Shown: piece by piece, positions 57,238 through 64,000 of the stretch
How positions within the stretch are numbered: the first letter of the stretch is position 1
Layout: every line of letters begins with the position of its first letter
Assembly (NCBI GenBank): GCA_963736005.1
Contig: CAVTNB010000001.1
Coordinates: forward strand, 1,568,001 to 1,632,000
Origin: an uncultured Pseudomonadota bacterium
GTDB taxonomy: Bacteria > Vulcanimicrobiota > Vulcanimicrobiia > Eremiobacterales > Eremiobacteraceae
Length of the DNA: 64,000 nucleotides
Reading direction: 5' to 3'
Made by a program: the position numbers and the translations under genes
The notes under the pieces: generated by a model
Seen by the model: only the letters and a program-made list of their open reading frames with translations
What the model was told of the DNA's origin: nothing
The model's database searches: none

Positions 57238-57653
57238 AAGAAAACCTCAGGAATGTCATAGTGACATCTTTGGGATCTCCGTGGAACTGAGCCTCTCCTT
57301 GGATTCCATCCAGGCTGCGACGATAGCTACGATATTACTGCGCACACGAATTGGTGTAAACAGTCATTGGTCCTGTATCCGGTTTTGCGACAAGTGGTTA
57401 AGCAATTTTTTTTCAGACTCGAACTGTTTCGGCGTGCCAGCGACGGAATCGTTTCGCTAAACGAATATCTTGCAGTAGACATTCACCCCCTACCAGTGGG
57501 GATATCGCGACATCACTTTGGGCCGACGAATAGCGCGAAGAGCACCTTATATTAAAGAGAATTCGCGGGAAGACCGGTGCGAATGCCAGCGGGCACGAAT
57601 TGATTCAACGCTTCGCCCATGTCCCGTTTCAACTTCAGTGAAAGCAGCCTGGT

Positions 57654-58418
57654 ATGGGATCGAACCTGAAACACAAATGGCATGAGCTTCGGAACACGGC
57701 GGATGCGTGGCAACTTCGCCTGAACGAAATCTCTCCCAGTGCACTGCAGAAGGGGTGCTTCTCCTGGCTTTCGATTGAAGAGCAGGCACATTGCGAGAGG
57801 TTTCGATCGGAACGGTCGCGACACGAGTATCTGGCGGCGCGTGCGCTATGCCGCGCGACGCTGTCGCGGTACACCGGCGTCGACCCCTCCCATTGGCGTT
57901 TCGGAACAAGTTCGCATGGCAAGCCAAAGATTATTGGACCGGCAGACTTCAAATCGCTGCGATTTAATTTGGCGCACACGAGTGGTTTGGTGATTTGCTT
58001 GGTTTCGCGCGCGGGCGAGGTGGGGGTAGACGCCGAGGAAACTTCACGCCTCGTCGACATCGCGCAAGTGGCTCGACATTTTCTTTCTCATCGGGAGCAG
58101 GCATGTTTGGCAAATCTGCCTGCGCATCTGCGCATCGCGCGATTCTTCAAGCAATGGGTATTGAGGGAAGCGTATCTCAAGGGCATCGGAAAGGGCATCG
58201 CTCCCGCGCCGGAACGGTTCACGGTCAGGCTCGGCGAAAACGATCAGCCGCTGCCAATCCGAAACTGGCAGTTTTTCTTATGCCGGCCAAGTGCAAAGCA
58301 TGTAGCTGCGGCGGCCGTCCGCCAGCGACGCGGAGCGGCTCCGGTTTCCGTCCGCTGGTTGAAGGCCGATGACCTATTCTTAGCTGGCGTCCCCAGCAAG
58401 GGAATCCAGCGGCGTTGA
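57654..58418 (+). CDS. Sfp-type 4'-phosphopantetheinyl transferase
   Basis: HGKP, FNLAHT, VGVDAE, WVLREAYLKG. Confidence 0.92.
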   Translation: MGSNLKHKWHELRNTADAWQLRLNEISPSALQKGCFSWLSIEEQAHCERFRSERSRHEYLAARALCRATLSRYTGVDPSHWRFGTSSHGKPKIIGPADFKSLRFNLAHTSGLVICLVSRAGEVGVDAEETSRLVDIAQVARHFLSHREQACLANLPAHLRIARFFKQWVLREAYLKGIGKGIAPAPERFTVRLGENDQPLPIRNWQFFLCRPSAKHVAAAAVRQRRGAAPVSVRWLKADDLFLAGVPSKGIQRR

Positions 58419-58522
58419 AGATCGCAAGTCCGTGGGATAGGGCTCCCGGCATGTCTTAGACGATCCGGTGAGCACGTTTCTCCGCTCTCTGCCAGCAATT
58501 TCTTAACACGAGCGGGCACTCA

Positions 58523-59056
58523 TCAAAGGCCGGTTGGGGTCCCGCCTCGGTTCGGCATCGCCATGGGATAGTGCGGCAGCTCGTTGTCGAGCTGTCCAAC
58601 CACTGCTTCCAGCGATTCCCGCAGCTTCTCGATTTCGTCCTTGCCAAACCGCTTCTCCCAGTGCATCTCGACGTCAGCGAGAAGCGGCTGCCACACCTTC
58701 CGGAGTTTGCGACTCCGTGCCGTGAGGCGAATGATCTTTGCCCGGTTGTCGGATGGACCCGGTTCCACAACGACCCAGCCGTGCCGCTCAAGGCACGCTA
58801 CCATGGTGTGGATCACCGATTTCGATACGCCGGAGAGCGCCGGGAGCCGCCGTTTGTCCACCCCCTGCTCACCGACGAATCGCAGGACGTTCGACCACAT
58901 CGCGAGCGAGGGCGCCGTCGTACCCACGCTCGCTGTGGTTCGAGTGAGATTGACCTCTCGGTCGAGTTCGATCGTGAACGCAATCAGCACTTGGGAGAGA
59001 AGAGCCGACAGAGGTAAACGTGAGGCTAGCGCAGAGCGCTTCAAACGGCGAGACAT
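58523..59056 (-). CDS. MarR-family winged-helix regulator
   Basis: SGVSKS..LERHGWV..DNRAKIIRLT. Confidence 0.75.
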   Translation of the reverse strand: MSRRLKRSALASRLPLSALLSQVLIAFTIELDREVNLTRTTASVGTTAPSLAMWSNVLRFVGEQGVDKRRLPALSGVSKSVIHTMVACLERHGWVVVEPGPSDNRAKIIRLTARSRKLRKVWQPLLADVEMHWEKRFGKDEIEKLRESLEAVVGQLDNELPHYPMAMPNRGGTPTGL

Positions 59057-59132
59057 CCCGCAAAATCCGACACTGCTGTTGTGGCTCCCTTCGTAGTCGT
59101 TTCGTCGCGGGCGTCTGAATCGTCCGTCTCAG

Positions 59133-59179
59133 AAAAAAGAAAACCACCCGCAACTGGGTGGTATCCGTATTGGCCTGTC
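59133..59179 (-). ncRNA. Antisense small RNA (putative antitoxin) to tRNA-like RNA 2
   Basis: Starts 7 nt after TACCAT; GACAGGCCAAUACGG pairs with the RNA encoded at 59307-59320; terminator CCACCC-AGTTGC-GGGTGG-TTTTCTTTTTT. Confidence 0.75.
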
Positions 59180-59186
59180 GTTGGCG

Positions 59187-59215
59187 ATGGTAGCATATTT
59201 AGGACCTTGATGCAA
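59187..59215 (-). promoter_or_regulatory. sigma70 promoter with extended -10
   Basis: TTGCAT-17 bp-(TGC)TACCAT; same geometry as 23179-23207. Confidence 0.8.
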
Positions 59216-59269
59216 GTTAGAGAGGATCACGAGGCCTGACGCCGTGATCCCCTCCGAGCGAGCTCGGGC

Positions 59270-59335
59270 TAGAGGCGGCGGGAATCGAACCCGCCGTACG
59301 CGGTTTGACAGACCAATCGGTTTCATTTTGCCAGG
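59270..59335 (-). tRNA. Second D-armless tRNA-like RNA, GUC (Asp) anticodon loop, 5' acceptor strand degenerate
   Basis: GCGGG-UUCGAUU-CCCGC T arm; 3' strand CGCCUCU-A keeps U70 and A73; UGGU-CUGUCAA-ACCG arm; 5' CCUGGCA pairs only at positions 4-6. Confidence 0.65.
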
Positions 59336-59402
59336 GCGCTTTGCGCTGTGTGGTCGAAACTATGCGCCCGCCACTTCCGACGCGTGCTGGAGGATGCTGG
59401 TA

Positions 59403-60857
59403 ATGAAGTCTTTGGATGTTTCCCGGGTGTCTTTGCGGCTGGGCAATGCGCTTGTTGAGTCCGCTGGAGAATATGTCGACGTCACTGATCCTTCGACTGG
59501 GGACGTTCTTGCGCGCGTGCCACGCACCACACCTGAGGAAATCGATCGAGCCGTAGACTGCGCGCGGGCGGCCTATGACGGATGGTCAGCGCTCCCGGTT
59601 GTCGAACGCGCCCATCGCTTTTTCTCGTTTGCAACCTTGCTCGACAAGCACAAAGAAGAACTGGCGCGGCTTGTTTGTCAGGAGAACGGTAAGTCGCTGG
59701 CAGACGCGAGGGCCGAGGTGCGGCGGGCGATCGAGTTGGTTGAATTTGCGTGCGGCACACCCACGCTGCTCATGGGCGACAGCCTCGAAGACGTCGCGCG
59801 CGGCATCGATTCGCAAAGCATCCGTCAGCCCCTGGGCGTGTGCGTCGGCATCACACCGTTTAACTTTCCCGCGATGGTGCCGCTGTGGATGTATCCGCTG
59901 GCGATTGCAGCCGGCAACACGTTCGTCCTCAAGCCATCGCCGCTGACGCCGCTCTCTGCCATGCGAGCAGCCGACCTATTCTACGAGTGCGACTTCCCAA
60001 CCGGTACCTTGAACGTCGTGCACGGCGACAAGGATGCGGTTGACGCACTCATCACGCACAAGGACGTGCGCGCCGTATCGTTTGTCGGATCGTCGAAAGT
60101 TGCTCGACACGTCCAACAGCTCGCGGTCGAACACCACAAGCGCGTCCAAGCGCTGGGCGGTGCGAAGAACCATCTCGTTGTCATGCCCGACGGAGTGAGT
60201 GAGACCACACGCGATGCAATCATGTCCTCGGCGTTCGGTGGCGCAGGCGAGCGCTGCCTGGCCGGGTCGGTGGTGGTGGCGGTTGGTACCGCCGGCGACA
60301 AACTCATGCCCCTGCTGCGCGACGCCTGCAACCGTCTTACGCTTGGGATCGCGCTGGACGAGCGCACAGGGATGGGACCAATCATCAGCCCCGAGGCGAA
60401 GGCGCGGATCGAAGGCTATATAGATGAAGGTACGCGCAGCGGCTTCGACGTTGTTTGCGACGGCCGCAAGGCGCACGCCCCAAATGCCGGCGGGACGTTC
60501 TTGGGTCCGACTATTTTCGATCGAGTCGATCCAAACTCGCGCGTCGCACGCGAAGAAATCTTTGGACCAGTTCTATCCATCATCCGAGCACCGGACCTCG
60601 AGAGCGCGATTCGTCTTGCCAACTCATCGCCGTACGGCAATGCGGCATCGATCTTTACCCAAAGCGGAGGCGCGGCACGAACGTTTGCGTCGCAAATCGA
60701 AGCGGGCATGGTGGGCATCAATGTCGGCGTGGCTGCACCCATGGCGTTTTTCCCGTTCGGCGGCGTCAAGGACTCGCTGTTCGGCGACCTGCGCATGCAC
60801 GGCAAAGATGGCGCGGCATTCTACACACAGCAGAAAGTGGTGATTACGCGCTGGTGA
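59403..60857 (+). CDS. mmsA: CoA-acylating (methyl)malonate-semialdehyde dehydrogenase
   Basis: ITPFNFPAM, SFVGS, ALGGAKNH, AGERCLA, EEIFGPV; SD GGAGG. Confidence 0.92.
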   Translation: MKSLDVSRVSLRLGNALVESAGEYVDVTDPSTGDVLARVPRTTPEEIDRAVDCARAAYDGWSALPVVERAHRFFSFATLLDKHKEELARLVCQENGKSLADARAEVRRAIELVEFACGTPTLLMGDSLEDVARGIDSQSIRQPLGVCVGITPFNFPAMVPLWMYPLAIAAGNTFVLKPSPLTPLSAMRAADLFYECDFPTGTLNVVHGDKDAVDALITHKDVRAVSFVGSSKVARHVQQLAVEHHKRVQALGGAKNHLVVMPDGVSETTRDAIMSSAFGGAGERCLAGSVVVAVGTAGDKLMPLLRDACNRLTLGIALDERTGMGPIISPEAKARIEGYIDEGTRSGFDVVCDGRKAHAPNAGGTFLGPTIFDRVDPNSRVAREEIFGPVLSIIRAPDLESAIRLANSSPYGNAASIFTQSGGAARTFASQIEAGMVGINVGVAAPMAFFPFGGVKDSLFGDLRMHGKDGAAFYTQQKVVITRW

Positions 60858-62168
60858 ACGGCCTCAATGATTCCATCCACAAAGAATTATCTCGACTCGA
60901 GGTGGTCGCCGAGGCCAATCGCTGTCTGTTCTGCTATGATGCGCCCTGTATGCGCGCGTGCCCGACCCACATCGACGTCGCATCGTTCATCAAGAAGATT
61001 ACCACCGGCAACCTGCTTGGCAGCGCCCGCACGATCATGGACGCCAATCCCATGGGCGCCAGCTGCGCTCGCGTCTGTCCGACGGAGAATCTGTGCGAGG
61101 GCGCGTGCGTCTACACAAAAGATAGCTGGCCATCCGAATCGGGGACCTCCAGCGCTACGCTACCGATTGGGCGCGCGAGAACGGCGTCCGGCTCTTTGAA
61201 CCAGGGACGCCGACCGGCAAGAAGGTTGCCATCATCGGCGGCGGACCAGCGGGGCTTTCGGCAGCGCGCGAGCTGCGCCGCATGGGTCACGCCGTCACAA
61301 TCTATGAGAGCAAAAAGGACGCAGGCGGCCTCAACACCTATGGCATCGTGCCGTTCCGGCTGGCGTTGGATGTCGCGCTGTGGGAGGCGCAGCAGGTCAT
61401 CGATATGGGCGTCGATATGCGAACGGGCGTCACCGTCGGCAAGGATGTCGCGCTCGACGAGCTCTTGAAAAATTTCGATGCGACCATCGTAGCCTGCGGC
61501 ATGGGCAACGTTCCCAAGCTCGGCATCCCCGGTGAAGACTTGCAAGGCGTGTTGGATGCCCTGGATGTCATCGAGCGTGCGAAGATCGACGGCTCCGTGC
61601 GGGAGCTCGGATCGAGCATCGCGGTGATTGGGGCGGAAACACCGCCATCGATGCGCTCACGTGCGCGAAGCGGCTTGGGATCGAACGGGTCACGATGTAC
61701 TACCGGCGCACCGAGGACGAGATGACCGCCTATCCTTTCGAATACGAATTCGCAAAGCAGGAGGGCATCGAGTTCCGTTGGCACTGTTCTCCAAAACGCA
61801 TTCTCGGTACAAACGGGAGAGTCAGCGGTGTTGAGTTCGTCCGAACGCGCCACCAAGCCGCCGGCGGCAGCTCGCGTTCCGCACCCGCCGAGGTGCCAGA
61901 CTCTGAGTTCGTCGCGGAAGTGGACACCGTGATCCGCGCTATCGGTCAGAGCAGGCGCGTGGACCTTTTCGATCAGCTCGGCATCAAACACGAGGGCGGG
62001 GTCGTGCAAGTCGACAGTGACCTGCGAACGAGTCGAGCAGGCATCTTCGCAGCCGGCGATTGTATTTTTGCGAAAGGCAGTCGCGAAGCGATGGTCGTCG
62101 AAGCCGCAGAGCAAGGCAAGATTGCTGCCCGCAGCGTCAACCGTGTATTGGAGCAACGTCATGGCTGA
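60854..62168 (+). pseudogene. preT: Dihydropyrimidine dehydrogenase subunit A, split by two single-base deletions (possible sequencing errors)
   Basis: RCLFCYDAPC...CPT; frame changes near 61130 and 61630; GPAGLSAA, FAAGDC. Confidence 0.85.
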
Positions 62169-63420
62169 TCTCAATGTGAACCTTGCGGGCATCAAGAGCC
62201 CGAACCCATTCTGGCTAGCGTCAGCGCCGCCGACGAACAGCGGGTATCAAGTGATGCGCGCGTTCGAAGCCGGCTGGGGCGGTGCGGTGTGGAAAACGCT
62301 TGGCGATCCGATCGTGAACGTAACCTCGCGATTTGCGGGCCTTGATTGGAAAGGCGAGCGCATGATCGGCATGAACAACATCGAGCTCATCACCGACCGC
62401 TCGCTCGAGGACAACTTGCGTGAAATCAGGGAAGTGAAGAAGCGATTTCCCGAACGCCCGATTATTGCTTCGCTGATGGAAGAACCCAAACGCGACAAGT
62501 GGCACGAGCTTGTCAACAAGGTGCAAGACGCAGGCGTCGATGGGTTCGAACTCAACTTCGGCTGCCCGCACGGCATGTCCGAGCGTGGCATGGGATCCGC
62601 GGTCGGTCAAGTACCCGAGTTGATCGCGCAGAATACTGCGTGGGTAGTTGAAGCCTCCAAGGTGCCGGTGATCGTGAAGCTCACCCCCAACATCACCGAT
62701 ATTCGTTACTGCGCTCGCGGTGCGACGCAAGGCGGAGCGCACGCGATTAGCCTGATCAATACCATAAACAGTCTCATCGGCGTGGATCTCGATACCTGGA
62801 AGCCGATCCCACAAGTAGACGGTATGAGCACCCACGGTGGGTACTGCGGACCGGCAGTAAAGCCAATCGCCCTCAACATGGTCGCAGAGTGCGCGCGCGA
62901 TCCTCAGGTTCGCATTCCAGTCTCGGGCATCGGTGGCATCGCAACCTGGCAGGATGCCGTCGAATTCATGCTCATGGGCGCCACCACAGTGCAGGTATGC
63001 ACGGCGGTCATGCATCACGGCTTCCGCATTGTCGAAGACATGATCGATGGATTGAACAACTACTTGAATGGACGCCAAATCAAGTCAGCGAGCGATCTCA
63101 TCGGCAAGTCTGTCCAGACTATGACCACGTGGGAAAATCTCAACCTGCGGTACAAACTGATCGCGCGCATCGATCAGGACAAGTGCATCCACTGCAACAA
63201 GTGCTGGGTTGCATGCGAAGATGCGGCGCATCAGTGCATCGATCGCGTCGAGCAACCCAGTGGCGTCACGAACCTCGTCGTCGACGAGAAGGAATGTGTA
63301 GGCTGCAACTTGTGCTACATGGTGTGCCCCGTGGAGGACTGCATTTCAATGATCGAAGTCGACACCGGCTTGCCCTCGCAAACCTGGAAGCAACGCCAAG
63401 CGGCTCAGGCAGCATCCTGA
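62161..63420 (+). CDS. preA: Dihydropyrimidine dehydrogenase subunit B
   Basis: NPFWLASAPPT, ELNFGCPHG, KLTPN, SGIGG, two 4Fe-4S motifs. Confidence 0.95.
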   Translation: MADLNVNLAGIKSPNPFWLASAPPTNSGYQVMRAFEAGWGGAVWKTLGDPIVNVTSRFAGLDWKGERMIGMNNIELITDRSLEDNLREIREVKKRFPERPIIASLMEEPKRDKWHELVNKVQDAGVDGFELNFGCPHGMSERGMGSAVGQVPELIAQNTAWVVEASKVPVIVKLTPNITDIRYCARGATQGGAHAISLINTINSLIGVDLDTWKPIPQVDGMSTHGGYCGPAVKPIALNMVAECARDPQVRIPVSGIGGIATWQDAVEFMLMGATTVQVCTAVMHHGFRIVEDMIDGLNNYLNGRQIKSASDLIGKSVQTMTTWENLNLRYKLIARIDQDKCIHCNKCWVACEDAAHQCIDRVEQPSGVTNLVVDEKECVGCNLCYMVCPVEDCISMIEVDTGLPSQTWKQRQAAQAAS

Positions 63421-64000
63421 TGGGCACGCTCATCCGCGGCGGCACCATCGTCACCGCGACGGACGTCAATCGGGCGGACATCCTCGTTGAAGGCGAGACG
63501 GTTTCGCAACTTGCTAAGCGCGTGACCGAATCAGGCCATGACGTGGTGGATGCTTCTGGATGCTATGTCTTCCCCGGCGGCATCGATCCGCACACGCATC
63601 TCGACATGCCGTTCGGCGGCACCGTCACGGCTGACGACTTTGAGTCAGGCACCATTGCCGCCGCGCTTGGAGGCACGACGACTATCATCGATTTTGCCTT
63701 GCATCAGCGCGGAGATTCGCTTCACAACGCGCTCAAAAAATGGCACGCCAAGGCAAAAGGTAAGGCCGTTATCGACTATGCCTTTCATTTGACGATTGCT
63801 GACGGTCGCGATGAAACGATGAACGAGATCCGCGAACTGATCGAGCAGGAGGGCGTCAATTCATTCAAGGTGTTCATGGCCTACAAGGGCGTCCTGCAAG
63901 TCGACGACGAGACAATTTTCAAAACGCTCAAGGCGGCCGCGGCGTACGGCGGTCTCGTCCAGCTCCACGCGGAAAACGGCGACGTCATCGACGTCATGAT
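63420..64000 (+). CDS. hydA: Dihydropyrimidinase (3' partial)
   Basis: MGTLIRGG...PGGIDPHTHLDMPFGG...GGTTTIIDF; runs off the window. Confidence 0.93.
   Translation, partial: MGTLIRGGTIVTATDVNRADILVEGETVSQLAKRVTESGHDVVDASGCYVFPGGIDPHTHLDMPFGGTVTADDFESGTIAAALGGTTTIIDFALHQRGDSLHNALKKWHAKAKGKAVIDYAFHLTIADGRDETMNEIRELIEQEGVNSFKVFMAYKGVLQVDDETIFKTLKAAAAYGGLVQLHAENGDVIDVM

Noticed and set aside
59270..59300. Simple integrase att-site remnant of a tRNA/tmRNA 3' end
   Set aside because: Would not explain the paired 5' strand in copy 1, the anticodon loops, or the co-varying sRNA with its promoter and terminator; not fully excluded without the host ssrA sequence.
59244..59402. N-terminal extension of mmsA
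   Set aside because: Overlaps the RNA element on the opposite strand; GGAGG supports ATG 59403.

Overview
GC-rich bacterial chromosome window; gene content suggests Candidatus Eremiobacterota, which is an unverified inference. Layout: (1) housekeeping prs-rplY-pth (1-2.4 kb); (2) an accessory region from about 4 to 32 kb with nine type II/VII toxin-antitoxin (TA) modules (two decayed), two STAND-type signalling proteins, dispersed palindromes and a truncated tyrosine integrase; (3) an exopolysaccharide (Wzx/Wzy) cluster from about 32.7 to 58.4 kb containing a stand-alone NRPS A-T didomain with a Leu-type specificity code, a P450, two GNAT-fold paralogues and a PPTase; (4) the start of a reductive pyrimidine-degradation operon (mmsA-preT-preA-hydA). 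The most striking signal is non-coding and occurs twice on the minus strand (23123-23322 and 59133-59335). It is a 66-nt D-armless tRNA-like RNA with an alanine-identity acceptor stem (G3.U70, A73) but a Glu (CUC) or Asp (GUC) anticodon loop. Each copy is followed by its own sigma70-type promoter and an approximately 48-nt terminated small RNA whose 5' end is antisense to that copy's anticodon arm, and target and sRNA co-vary between the copies. This looks like an RNA-only mistranslating-tRNA toxin / antisense antitoxin system. A second, unrelated structured ncRNA is also duplicated (16763-16890 and 21586-21725).
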